This document shows positions 49,714 to 59,961 of a stretch of 64,000 nucleotides of DNA, in pieces. Source of the stretch: Clostridiales bacterium (GTDB taxonomy: Bacteria; Bacillota; Clostridia; Saccharofermentanales; Saccharofermentanaceae); NCBI GenBank assembly GCA_017513085.1, contig JAFWDK010000019.1:64001-128000 (forward strand). Reading direction: 5' to 3'. The notes beneath the pieces were generated by a model. It saw only the letters and a program-made list of their open reading frames with translations, did not search any database and was not told where the DNA came from. The first letter of the stretch is position 1, and each line of letters begins with the position of its first letter. The translations under genes were made by a program, and so were the position numbers.

Positions 49714-51287
49714 TCCACTCCTTCCAATACTTTACTATCTTCTTCGACATCATTTTTCGAGTCATCGCTGTTGATGATCATTGCCATGATCTTCTCCTGC
49801 GTTGCTTCCTCGCCGGAAAGTTCACCGACGAACTTTCCTTCACTCATAACGTAGATACGGTCGCACATACCGAGAAGCTCCGGCATCTCTGAGGAGATCA
49901 TGATGACCGATTTACCTTCGCTGACAAGCTGGTTGATGATACAGTAGATCTCGTATTTTGCACCTACATCGATACCACGTGTCGGTTCATCGAGGATCAG
50001 GATATCCGGATCAGCAAACATCCACTTCGCAAGAAGCACTTTCTGCTGATTACCACCACTGAGGTTACCTACCAACTGCTCAACTGTCGGACATTTCGTC
50101 TTGAGCTTGTTCTTGTACTCCACAGCAACACGATATTCTTCATCGCGGTTGATAATACCATGATTGCTGACGCCCTTCAGGTTCGCCAATGTCGTATTGG
50201 TCTTGATCGCATTGGAAAGGATCAATCCGTTTCCTTTACGGTCTTCCGTAACATAAGCGATCTTATTCTTGATTGCTTCCTCAACTGAATTCAGATGCAA
50301 TTCCTTGCCATCTTTGATGATCGTACCGGTTATGTTTTCTCCATAAGATTTACCGAAGATACTCATGGCCAGTTCCGTACGACCAGCGCCCATAAGTCCG
50401 GAGATACCAAGCACCTCGCCTTTCTTCACGTTAAAGCTTACGTTATCCACGATCTTTCTTTCAGAATAAAGCGGATGATATGCGCTCCAGTTATGAACTT
50501 CGAGACACACCTGACCGATATTTGAAGTACGCTTCGGGAAACGGTCTGCAATTTCTCGACCAACCATGCCTTTAATGATACGTGGTTCGGAGAAGTCGTC
50601 CACACCCTTTACCAGTGTTTCGATCGTCGAACCGTCTCGAATGACCGTGATCTTATCGGCAACATAGGAAACCTCATTCAATTTGTGAGAAATAATGATC
50701 GAGGTCATGCCTTCTTTTTTGAACTTAAGCATCAAGTCCAAAAGATGCCGGGATTCGGATTCATTCAATGAGGATGTCGGTTCGTCAAGGATAAGAAGCT
50801 TTGCATTCTTGGCCAGTGCTTTTGCAATCTCGACCAACTGCTGCTTACCTACTCCGATATCTTTGATCAATGTACGGGAAGATTCAGAGAGTCCGACGAT
50901 TCGGAGATATTCATTTCCCTTTCCGTAAGTTTCATTCCAATTAATCTTGTAGCGGGATCCCTGTTCATTTCCGAGGAACATGTTCTCGCCGATCGTCATG
51001 TAGGGAACCAGGGCAAGTTCCTGATGAATAATAACAATACCCTTACGCTCACTGTCTTTAGTATTGGTAAAGTGACACTCTTCACCATCGTAGAAAATCT
51101 GTCCTTCATACGATCCGTACGGGTAAATTCCACTCAGTACGTTCATCAAAGTGGATTTTCCTGCGCCATTTTCTCCAACCAGTGCATGGATCTCCCCTTC
51201 TTCGACCTGAAGATTAACATTATCCAGTGCTTTTACACCTGGGAAGGTTTTGGTAATGTTTTTCATTTCCAGCAAAATTTTTGCCAA
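49710..51287 (-). CDS. gguA: Multiple monosaccharide ABC ATPase (GguA/MmsA)
   Basis: [17 protein letters not shown] and [12 protein letters not shown]; TTG start after AGGAGG. Confidence 0.92.
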   Translation of the reverse strand: MAKILLEMKNITKTFPGVKALDNVNLQVEEGEIHALVGENGAGKSTLMNVLSGIYPYGSYEGQIFYDGEECHFTNTKDSERKGIVIIHQELALVPYMTIGENMFLGNEQGSRYKINWNETYGKGNEYLRIVGLSESSRTLIKDIGVGKQQLVEIAKALAKNAKLLILDEPTSSLNESESRHLLDLMLKFKKEGMTSIIISHKLNEVSYVADKITVIRDGSTIETLVKGVDDFSEPRIIKGMVGREIADRFPKRTSNIGQVCLEVHNWSAYHPLYSERKIVDNVSFNVKKGEVLGISGLMGAGRTELAMSIFGKSYGENITGTIIKDGKELHLNSVEEAIKNKIAYVTEDRKGNGLILSNAIKTNTTLANLKGVSNHGIINRDEEYRVAVEYKNKLKTKCPTVEQLVGNLSGGNQQKVLLAKWMFADPDILILDEPTRGIDVGAKYEIYCIINQLVSEGKSVIMISSEMPELLGMCDRIYVMSEGKFVGELSGEEATQEKIMAMIINSDDSKNDVEEDSKVLEGVE

Positions 51288-51338
51288 TGTTATCCCTCCT
51301 TGTAATCCATGTTCGTTCAAATAATCTTGCATGAACAA

Positions 51339-51377
51339 GTCCCCTTAAATCCTTTTTTCGAAGATATAAGGGGACTC
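51339..51377. other. Intercistronic stem-loop after the binding-protein gene
   Basis: AGTCCCCTTA / TAAGGGGACT inverted repeat; a typical mRNA stabiliser or partial terminator. Confidence 0.7.
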
Positions 51378-51417
51378 GCCATGTCGTTACGTCATACTAA
51401 CTTTTCGCAATCTGATA

Positions 51418-52476
51418 TTATGCGAGATCAGCCTCTTTGTAGTAACCGGAATCAACAAGGATCTTCTTGTAGTTGCTGGCATCAGCAAATACCGGTGTGC
51501 AGAGGAAAGAAGGAACAACAATTACACCATTGTTATATGTTGTAGTATCGTTCGTCGGAGCTTTCTTACCGTCCATGATAGCCTTAACCATCTCAACAAC
51601 CTGATCTGCCAGTGTACGTGTATCCTTAAATACGGACATAGACTGCTTGCCCTTGATCATGTTCTTAACGTTTGCGATATCGCAGTCCTGACCTGTGATG
51701 ATCGGATAATCACCTGTGTAGCCGGCTTCGAGAGCATTCGCAACACCAAGAGCTGTGGAGTCGTTGGAGCAAAGAACTGCATCCAGCTTTGTGCCATCAG
51801 CATAGTTACCGGAAATGATAGCATCCATTCTGGACTGAGCATTTGCGGTAGACCATTCAGCTGTAGCAACTGTTTCGAAATCAATCTGACCGGACTTAAC
51901 ATTGAGCGATTTGCCAATGTACGGCTTCAGAAGATCCATAGCGCCATTGTAGAAGAATCTGGCGTTGTTATCACCCGGGTCACCTGTGAAGATTTCCAGG
52001 TTGTAAACACCATCTGTGGAATCCAGCTTCAGTGTGTCAATGATGTACTGACCCTGGATAGCACCAACTTTGTAGTTGTCGAATGTAGCATAGTAAGCAA
52101 CAGCATCTGTGTTCATGATCAAACGGTCATAAGCAATTACAGGGATGCTCTTCTCTTTTGCTGTAGCAAGAACTGTACCAAGGGAATCACCTTCGATGGA
52201 AGCGATTACGAGAACCTTACATCCACCATTGATCATGCTCTCGATCTGGTTCTGCTGTGTCGGGATGTCGTTACCTGCATACTGCAGATCTACTGTGAAG
52301 CCGGCTGCTTCCAGCTTCTCTTTCAGATAAGCACCATCCTGGTTCCATCTCTGAAGATCCTTTGTAGGCATCGCAACGCCGATCTTTTTGCTATCCTGCT
52401 TCTTCGCGCATCCAGCCAGTCCAGCTGAAATGAGCATTGCTCCAGCAAGAAACAAACTCAAAAACTTCTTTTTCAT
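51418..52476 (-). CDS. chvE: ChvE-like sugar-binding lipoprotein
   Basis: Lipobox LAGC; MPTK.LQRWNQDG, AYDRLI, ATFDN and TGQD. Confidence 0.9.
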   Translation of the reverse strand: MKKKFLSLFLAGAMLISAGLAGCAKKQDSKKIGVAMPTKDLQRWNQDGAYLKEKLEAAGFTVDLQYAGNDIPTQQNQIESMINGGCKVLVIASIEGDSLGTVLATAKEKSIPVIAYDRLIMNTDAVAYYATFDNYKVGAIQGQYIIDTLKLDSTDGVYNLEIFTGDPGDNNARFFYNGAMDLLKPYIGKSLNVKSGQIDFETVATAEWSTANAQSRMDAIISGNYADGTKLDAVLCSNDSTALGVANALEAGYTGDYPIITGQDCDIANVKNMIKGKQSMSVFKDTRTLADQVVEMVKAIMDGKKAPTNDTTTYNNGVIVVPSFLCTPVFADASNYKKILVDSGYYKEADLA

Positions 52477-52660
52477 GTTTTACCTCCGATTTTAGCTTGC
52501 GCCATAATTTCGTAAGTACAGGATAGCACAACATCAATCGTCTGTCACATGAAATTTAAAAATTTTTCCCTGTTTTTTGTTCATTTGTCACAAAAATTCG
52601 CAAAAACCGCCTAAAATACGACTTTTGCGAATTTCGAAAACTTTCATAATTGACTTAATA

Positions 52661-54832
52661 TTATTTGATTTGAAGATCTTCCTGACTGTCGATTTTTTTC
52701 TTTCCTCGAAGGTCAAGTTTATGGTAATCCCCGTTTGCATCAAGGAAATGGCTTCTTACCGTATCTTCCAGTTCGATATTCAACACTTCCATCACTCTCG
52801 CCTTACAATCCGGGTCTTCTACCGGGAACAAAAGCTCGACTCGGCGGATCAGATTTCTTGGCATCCAGTCGGCAGAGGAAAGATAAATATCTTCCTGTCC
52901 CTCATTGTAGAAATAGTAGATACGGGAGTGCTCCAGGAAACGTCCGGTGATCGACCTGACCGTGATATTTTCGGATAGTCCGGGAACTCCTGGCCGTAAA
53001 CAGCAGATTCCACGGACGATCAGATCGATCGGAACACCTGCACAGGATGCGTCGTAAAGAGCGTCAATGATCGTAGCATCCACAAGAGAATTCATCTTGG
53101 CGATAATGCGGGCTTTCTTTCCTTCTCTTGCTTTCTTGGCTTCCTGATGGATCTTTTCCAGAAAATAGCCCTTCATTTTAGTCGGTGCCGGGATCAGTCT
53201 CTTCCACTCCGGCGGTTCCGAGAAACCGGAGAGTGTGTTGAAGAACTCGGATGCATCCACGCCGAATGTTTCCGAAGCGGTAAACAATCCGATGTCTGTA
53301 TAGATCTTCGCCGTGATGTCGTTATAGTTGCCTGTTGCAAGATGCAGGTATCTCCTGATTCCTTCATCCTCATCTCTCACGACCAGCGTGATCTTACTAT
53401 GCGTCTTCAATCCGACAAGTCCGTATATTACGTGACAGCCGGCTTTTTCAAGCATTTTCGCCCAGTTGATATTGTTCTCTTCATCGAACCTTGCCTTCAG
53501 TTCAACAAGCACCATGACCTGTTTTCCGTTCTGTGCCGCTTCCGCAAGGAAACGGATGATCGGAGAACTCGAACTTACCCGGTAGAGCGTCTGCTTGATC
53601 GCTAAGACCTTCGGATCTTCAGCCGCCTGGCGTACAAATTCGATGACAGGATCGAAGCTCTCATACGGGTGATGGACCAGTCTGTCTTTTTCACGGATCG
53701 CGTCAAAAATGTTGACACCCTCCGGGAACATTCTCGGTTTAGCCGGTGCAAACGAGTGATAGCAAAGTGCCGGGAACTCATCACTGACGCGGGAATACAC
53801 TTTCATAAGGAAAGTCAGATCGATTGGGCCGCTGACCTCGAAAACATCTTTTTTCGAGATCTTTAACGAAGACGTAAGAAGTTTCAAAAGACGAGGATCG
53901 ATATCGTCATTCACTTCCATACGGATGATCTCGCCAAAACGGCGTTTCCTTACCTGCTCCTCAATTTCCTTGAGAAGATCTTCCGCCTCATCCTCATCGA
54001 TATCCAGATCGGCATTTCGCATAACACGGTAGAATCCGGAAGCCAGCACATCCGCTCCGGTGAAAAGCGAGGAAAGATTGGCCCGGATGATCTGTTCGAT
54101 CGGAACCATGCAGACACCGGAAGAAAGCCTCATTTCGAAAAGCCGCGGCACGACCGCCGGTACCTGCAATGTGGCAAACCGGTAAGCCGGCTCATAGACT
54201 TTCCCTTTCTTCTGCTGTTTCAAAAGCCGCTCCTGCTTCTGTTCTTCCGTTTCATCGATCAGGACACAAAGATTCAGCTGCCGGTTATAGATCAACGGAA
54301 ACGGACGGGATGCATCCACGCCCATCGGCGTCAGGATCGGATACAGCGTAGACTGGAAATACTCATCACATACCTCTTTCGCATGATCATCCAGATCATC
54401 GTAATCATTAATATAGATGTCGTGATTTTTCAAAGAAGGGACCAGCGAACGAGTATAGGTCGAATACATGAGCGCCATGGTGTTTCTGGCTTTCTCGTCG
54501 ATCTGTGTCAGCTGTTCCTTGACCGTTCGTCCTGAAATGTCTCTTTCGTTGTAATCTACGCTGAGAAGATCACGAAGCGAGGCAACACGAACGATATAAA
54601 ACTCATCCATGTTCGATGCCGTGATCGACAGAAATTTCAGACGTTCCAGAAGAGGATTCTTCGTATCTCGGGACTCAAAAAGGATACGGTTGTTAAACTC
54701 CAGCCAGCTCAGTTCACGGTTGAAATAGCGGCCGGAATCGGCTTCGATATCCGCATTATCCATAGCTGAATGGGCAACCTCACGTCTGACCCCTTTCAGC
54801 ATCTTTTCTTTTTTCTCTTTCTTCGTACTCAT
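52661..54832 (-). CDS. ppk1: Polyphosphate kinase 1
   Basis: NRELSWLEFN, HHPYESF, ARFDEENN, KTHSK and FLEHSR. Confidence 0.97.
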   Translation of the reverse strand: MSTKKEKKEKMLKGVRREVAHSAMDNADIEADSGRYFNRELSWLEFNNRILFESRDTKNPLLERLKFLSITASNMDEFYIVRVASLRDLLSVDYNERDISGRTVKEQLTQIDEKARNTMALMYSTYTRSLVPSLKNHDIYINDYDDLDDHAKEVCDEYFQSTLYPILTPMGVDASRPFPLIYNRQLNLCVLIDETEEQKQERLLKQQKKGKVYEPAYRFATLQVPAVVPRLFEMRLSSGVCMVPIEQIIRANLSSLFTGADVLASGFYRVMRNADLDIDEDEAEDLLKEIEEQVRKRRFGEIIRMEVNDDIDPRLLKLLTSSLKISKKDVFEVSGPIDLTFLMKVYSRVSDEFPALCYHSFAPAKPRMFPEGVNIFDAIREKDRLVHHPYESFDPVIEFVRQAAEDPKVLAIKQTLYRVSSSSPIIRFLAEAAQNGKQVMVLVELKARFDEENNINWAKMLEKAGCHVIYGLVGLKTHSKITLVVRDEDEGIRRYLHLATGNYNDITAKIYTDIGLFTASETFGVDASEFFNTLSGFSEPPEWKRLIPAPTKMKGYFLEKIHQEAKKAREGKKARIIAKMNSLVDATIIDALYDASCAGVPIDLIVRGICCLRPGVPGLSENITVRSITGRFLEHSRIYYFYNEGQEDIYLSSADWMPRNLIRRVELLFPVEDPDCKARVMEVLNIELEDTVRSHFLDANGDYHKLDLRGKKKIDSQEDLQIK

Positions 54833-56376
54833 CGAATCTGCCTCCGAACTTTAAGAAGTGCTTTTACCGAGAAGAACTGCGTAAACAGATCGGTATGGTT
54901 TTCGAAAAACCATTTGTCATATGTCATGTCATAATTTGTATCGCCGCTAATGGTCATCACGCCGTCAGGACTGAGGCTGACCGTGATCTCATGGAGCTTC
55001 TGCTTATGCGAAGCGTCCAGAGCATCAGCCAGACGAAGGATCGCCGTCAGTTTGGATACCAGGACCTGGTCTTCCGTGGATATGTCTTTATAACGTTCAT
55101 CCAGATAAAAATCCGGATCCACATAAAATCTGCCGACCAGAGCCGTGATCTTTCTTTCCTTCTCGGAAATGCCGATCAGCTCGGTCCTGTCTATAATGCT
55201 GTATGTAGACGGACTCGGGTTGGAAATGTTGATAAACTTACCCACCTCATGACAGATCGCGGCCACGCGAAGAAGTGTTCTCTCCCGGTTATTCATGCCG
55301 TGGATCTTGCGTGTGGCATCAAAGATCGCCATCGCTGCGCTTTCTACGAATGTGATATGTTTCTTTTCCGATTTATAACGCTTGGCAACATGGCGCGCTG
55401 CCGATACAATGTCCGAGTTCGGATCCGCTACCAGATCATAATGCTTATGCGTCCATGCGTAATCGTACATCACTCCTTCGGTCAGAGAAGCATCCGGCAT
55501 ATGCACGCCCTCGATGCCGGTATAGTCCAGCATCTTCTTAACCATCAGCGCGGTCGGAAGAAGAAGCGGCGCAGTAGCCGGTGTAATATCCAGTTTTCTG
55601 GCAAGTGCTTCCGGACTGGTATGAAGCAGCGCATTGACAATGTCATCAAACTGCTCCTTGCTCAAATGGCAGTATTCTCGTGGAGACTCCCCGGCAAGTG
55701 CTTTAATAAAACCGATATCACTTCCGAAAACGATCAGATTCTTATACTTGATATTCTTCGGCTCGATCGCGTGATACTCCGCCAGATCCTGCGAAACATA
55801 CTCTTCCAGCACTTCGGTATAATGCGTGGTCTGCTTGGCCAGATCGGACAGCAGTTCACTGATACGAAGGGAACCCAGCATCGTATTCTGGCTGAAGATC
55901 AATTCGGATTTGTCGTAGAGCGTCGCCTGCATGCTGCCCGAACCGATATCCAGTACCATCGTTCCCGAAGAAACCAGATTCATAAAGCCCGGCTGACTCT
56001 CCTTGACCGCCAGATTATGGAAATACCGTTCTCTCGCATTATCCAGCACCTGCACCTTGATCCCCGTGCGCACACGGATCTGCTCAATGACCATAGCCCG
56101 GTTGCTCGCTTCGCGAAAAGCACTTGTCGCCACGCAAACAACATCTTTGATCTTGTACTCTTTGATCTTCTGCGCGAACCCTTCCAGGATCTCGATCAGT
56201 TCTGCAGACTGCGGCTGCGAGATCACGCCTTCAGTATATGCTTTGGACACGATGGACAGATATTTCCTTACCGATTCGATCTCTTTGGGCATACTTTTGT
56301 CACCCAATTCGAAGATCTTCATTCTTAAGGAAAGCGACCCCATGTCGATGACCGCCAGCAAACTTTTCTTACTCAT
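54829..56376 (-). CDS. ppx: Ppx/GppA exopolyphosphatase with HD domain
   Basis: IDMGS, ATSAFRE, DIGSGS, HEVGK and RLADALD. Confidence 0.92.
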   Translation of the reverse strand: MSKKSLLAVIDMGSLSLRMKIFELGDKSMPKEIESVRKYLSIVSKAYTEGVISQPQSAELIEILEGFAQKIKEYKIKDVVCVATSAFREASNRAMVIEQIRVRTGIKVQVLDNARERYFHNLAVKESQPGFMNLVSSGTMVLDIGSGSMQATLYDKSELIFSQNTMLGSLRISELLSDLAKQTTHYTEVLEEYVSQDLAEYHAIEPKNIKYKNLIVFGSDIGFIKALAGESPREYCHLSKEQFDDIVNALLHTSPEALARKLDITPATAPLLLPTALMVKKMLDYTGIEGVHMPDASLTEGVMYDYAWTHKHYDLVADPNSDIVSAARHVAKRYKSEKKHITFVESAAMAIFDATRKIHGMNNRERTLLRVAAICHEVGKFINISNPSPSTYSIIDRTELIGISEKERKITALVGRFYVDPDFYLDERYKDISTEDQVLVSKLTAILRLADALDASHKQKLHEITVSLSPDGVMTISGDTNYDMTYDKWFFENHTDLFTQFFSVKALLKVRRQIR

Positions 56377-56449
56377 GAAGTACTCCTCATCCGTCAAGAT
56401 TTCTTACATTATAAACGTCAAAAATGGCAATTCCGTTAACAATCGGGAG

Positions 56450-57562
56450 TCAGGAATTCAGATATGCCTCAATGACTTTACCCGTCATCTCTTTCGTTCC
56501 AAGGATCTTATCCTGCTTCGAAAGAGATATGTCGACCGTCCGATATCCATCTGCCAGTACACTTCGGACCGCCTGTTCCACTTTGGCCGCCTCATCAGGA
56601 AGATTCAATGAAGAACGGAGCATCATGGCCGCCGACAGGATAGTCGCCAACGGGTTCGCGATCCCCTTCCCTGCAATATCCGGAGCAGACCCGTGTACCG
56701 GTTCGTACATGCCCGGTTTACCGGGTGCGCCGAGAGACGCCGACGGAAGCATACCGATCGACCCTGTGATCATTCCGGCCTCGTCAGAAAGAATATCACC
56801 GAACATATTACTGGTAACGATCACGTCCATCTCCGGCGCCTGTCTCAGAAGCTGCATCGAAGCATTATCCACATACATGAATTCCACATTGACTTCCGGA
56901 TATTCCGGCGCGATCCTCTCCGTCACTTTTCTCCAAAGACGGGAGGTTTCAAGGATATTCGCTTTATCGACCACAATAAGACGCTTCCGTCTTTGCATCG
57001 CAATGGTAAATCCTACCTTCAGGATCCTCTCGATCTCCGCCTCGCTGTATCGCTCCACATCGAAAGCTTCAATTCCCTTCGGCGTTCCGTCCGAAAGCTG
57101 CTCCTCCGAAGGTCCGATTCCTCTTTCTCCGAAATAAATACCTCCGGTCAGTTCCCGTACGATCATGATATCTACGCCATCTTTAACAATATCCTCACGA
57201 AGCGGACTCGCCGAGCGAAGCTCCGGGAAAAGAACAGCCAGCCGAAGATTGGCGAAAAGTCCCAACTCTTTACGCAATCCCAGAAGTGCCGCCTCCGGGC
57301 GCTTCTTTCCGGGAAGGCCGTCCCACTTCGGACCGCCGACCGCGCCAAGAAGTACCGCGTCACTTTCTTTGGCACAGTTTAAAGATTCTTCCGGAAGTGG
57401 ATCATCAACCTGATCGATCGCACAACCACCTGCAATGACCTTCTGAAAAACGAACTCGTGTCCACTCTTCTTTCCTACTGCCTGAAGCACCTCGCATGCA
57501 CTATCCGTCACTTCCGGGCCGATCCCGTCTCCCGGGATCACGCAGATAATAAATTTGGTCAT
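56450..57562 (-). CDS. leuB: 3-isopropylmalate dehydrogenase
   Basis: PGDGIGPEV, RELTGGIYFG, NMFGDILSD and EPVHGSAPDIAG. Confidence 0.97.
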   Translation of the reverse strand: MTKFIICVIPGDGIGPEVTDSACEVLQAVGKKSGHEFVFQKVIAGGCAIDQVDDPLPEESLNCAKESDAVLLGAVGGPKWDGLPGKKRPEAALLGLRKELGLFANLRLAVLFPELRSASPLREDIVKDGVDIMIVRELTGGIYFGERGIGPSEEQLSDGTPKGIEAFDVERYSEAEIERILKVGFTIAMQRRKRLIVVDKANILETSRLWRKVTERIAPEYPEVNVEFMYVDNASMQLLRQAPEMDVIVTSNMFGDILSDEAGMITGSIGMLPSASLGAPGKPGMYEPVHGSAPDIAGKGIANPLATILSAAMMLRSSLNLPDEAAKVEQAVRSVLADGYRTVDISLSKQDKILGTKEMTGKVIEAYLNS

Positions 57563-57576
57563 TACTGTCACCTTCT

Positions 57577-58071
57577 TTATTTGCTTAGTTTATTTTTCGT
57601 ATAACCCACCAGGCCGTCCGACTTGATGATTTCAGAAATAAATGCAGGAAAAGCATTTGCCCGGAATACCTGATTAGAAGTCAGATCCATGATCACCCCG
57701 GTATCAAAATCCACGGAGATCTCATCTCCGTCATCGATCCCCTCATAGGCTTCCTTACACTCCAGGATCGCAAGTCCCGTATTGATACTGTTTCTATAGA
57801 AGATCCTGGCAAAGGAAGGCGCGATCACGCAAGCGATCCCACTTGCTTTGATCGCGATCGGCGCATGTTCACGCGAGGAACCGCAACCGAAGTTCGGTCC
57901 CGCAATGATAATATCTCCCGGTTTCACCCGATTGATGAATTCCGGATCCAGATCCTCCATACAATGCTTCGCCAATTCTTCTTTAGCCGAAGTATTCAGA
58001 TATCTTGCCGGAATGATCACATCCGTATCCACATTTGCTCCATACTTGATCGTACGACCGGTAATCTGCAT
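57577..58071 (-). CDS. leuD: 3-isopropylmalate dehydratase small subunit
   Basis: VDTDVIIP and [11 protein letters not shown]. Confidence 0.95.
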   Translation of the reverse strand: MQITGRTIKYGANVDTDVIIPARYLNTSAKEELAKHCMEDLDPEFINRVKPGDIIIAGPNFGCGSSREHAPIAIKASGIACVIAPSFARIFYRNSINTGLAILECKEAYEGIDDGDEISVDFDTGVIMDLTSNQVFRANAFPAFISEIIKSDGLVGYTKNKLSK

Positions 58072-58129
58072 ATTAATCATTCCTTTCATCATGATTCCGT
58101 CTCCCGTGAAACGGAAATTCTCTACTTAT

Positions 58130-59413
58130 TTATACGATCGGAAGTTCATCCGGACTTCCTATATATCCCAAAACAGCCGAAGCAGCCGCGACCTCCACAC
58201 CGGCCAGATACACTTCGGAATCCTTGTGTCCCATTCGACCGACGAAATTCCGGTTGGTAGTCGACACACACTTTTCACCCTTGGCCAGAACGCCCATGTA
58301 TCCGCCAAGGCAAGGACCGCACGTAGGTGCGGAAACCACACATCCCGCGTCAAGGAAGATCTCAAGCAGACCTTCTTCGAGCGCCTGCCTGTAAACTCTC
58401 TGCGATCCCGGAAGAATGATCGCACGCACCCCTTCTGCGACCTTTCTCCCCATAAACACACACGCGGCTTTCCGGATATCTTCGATCCGGCCGTTGGTAC
58501 AAGAGCCCACCACGACCTGATCGATATAGATCTTGGAAAAAGTTCCCAGTTCGCGAACATTAGACGGCAAATGAGGGAAAGCGACAACAGGACGTACCTC
58601 AGAAAGATCGATCGTGATCTCCTGATCATAAACCGCATCCTCATCCGGATACAGCCACGACGGCGCACCCGCATAACCCAGCACACGCTTCTTTACATAA
58701 TCCAGGGTACGCTCATCGATCGGGAAGATTCCATTCTTCGCGCCACACTCTATCGCCATATTGCAGATCGTCAGCCGGTCCGCCATCGAAAGTGCCGCTA
58801 CACCCTCTCCGCAGAATTCCAGCGACTTATAAAGCGCACCATCCACACCTATCTTTCCGATCAACGACAGTATGACATCTTTTCCGGACACATGCTTACC
58901 CAGCCTTCCGGTCAGGTTCACCCGGATCGCGCCCGGAACACGGAACCAAGTCTTTCCGGTCGCCATCGCGCAAGCAAGATCCGTAGAACCGACTCCGGTG
59001 CTGAAAACGCCCAGTGCGCCGTATGTGCAAGTATGGGAATCCGCGCCGATAATGCAGTGACCCGGCAAAGCCAGACCGTTCTCCGGGATAATGACATGTT
59101 CCACACCCATGTCTTCTCTTCCCTGCTCATAATAATGGGTAATGCCCTGTTCTCTTGCAAACTCCCGCATCTTCTTGCATTGTTCGGCTGACTTGATATC
59201 TTTATTCGGTGCAAAATGATCCGGCACCAGAACGATCTTGTCTTTATCAAAAACTTTGTCAAAAGCACTTTCACGGAAACAGTCGATGGCAGGCGGAGTG
59301 GTGATATCATTTCCCAGAAGCAGATCAAGGTCTGCTTCGATCAGGTCACCTTGTTTGACCTCATTCATTCCTGCGTGTGCCGCAAGGATCTTCTGCGTCA
59401 TTGTCATACCCAT
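58130..59413 (-). CDS. leuC: 3-isopropylmalate dehydratase large subunit
   Basis: [21 protein letters not shown] and TNRNF; promoter TTGCAC-17-TAACAT directly upstream. Confidence 0.96.
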   Translation of the reverse strand: MGMTMTQKILAAHAGMNEVKQGDLIEADLDLLLGNDITTPPAIDCFRESAFDKVFDKDKIVLVPDHFAPNKDIKSAEQCKKMREFAREQGITHYYEQGREDMGVEHVIIPENGLALPGHCIIGADSHTCTYGALGVFSTGVGSTDLACAMATGKTWFRVPGAIRVNLTGRLGKHVSGKDVILSLIGKIGVDGALYKSLEFCGEGVAALSMADRLTICNMAIECGAKNGIFPIDERTLDYVKKRVLGYAGAPSWLYPDEDAVYDQEITIDLSEVRPVVAFPHLPSNVRELGTFSKIYIDQVVVGSCTNGRIEDIRKAACVFMGRKVAEGVRAIILPGSQRVYRQALEEGLLEIFLDAGCVVSAPTCGPCLGGYMGVLAKGEKCVSTTNRNFVGRMGHKDSEVYLAGVEVAAASAVLGYIGSPDELPIV

Positions 59414-59550
59414 GTCCTGTACCACCTTTCCCAATTGCGTTCCTTCTTTTATGTTACTTGCAAACTTTGTAACGTGCAAGAATAACTACCAGAATTTCTT
59501 GACATTGTGGTATAATAAGAAAAATTTCTTATGGTTTGGTGAGGTGGCTT

Positions 59551-59934
59551 ATGGCACGTGGTTTTTTTGCAACAAATCCCTCTTATGGTAATAATGGAGC
59601 TGGCATGAATACGGCATCCACAATGGATCTTCGCGCATACGGCGAAGAAATCGCTCATCTCAAGGGGCAGGTCGCCAGACTAAACATGATCACGGAAGGT
59701 CTTTGGACGATCCTCAAGAACGAAGGACACACCGACGAGGAACTGGTATCGATCCTCTCGGAATTAGATACGAATAAGAAGAACAAGAAGAGTGCGATCG
59801 AGCAGGGAGAAGAAACACCGACGAAGCGCAGAGAATGCCCGAACTGTCATGTCCCGCTTCAGAATACCGATTCGATCATTGACCGTTGCATCTACTGTGG
59901 TCATGAAGTGATCGGAAATCCTTTTGACGATTGA
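59551..59934 (+). CDS. Small protein with coiled coil and C-terminal Zn ribbon
   Basis: EIAHLKGQVARL helix; CPNC...CIYCG; GAGGTG RBS. Confidence 0.75.
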   Translation: MARGFFATNPSYGNNGAGMNTASTMDLRAYGEEIAHLKGQVARLNMITEGLWTILKNEGHTDEELVSILSELDTNKKNKKSAIEQGEETPTKRRECPNCHVPLQNTDSIIDRCIYCGHEVIGNPFDD

Positions 59935-59961
59935 TCTTCTCTTCTTTAGGAAGGAAGAAGA

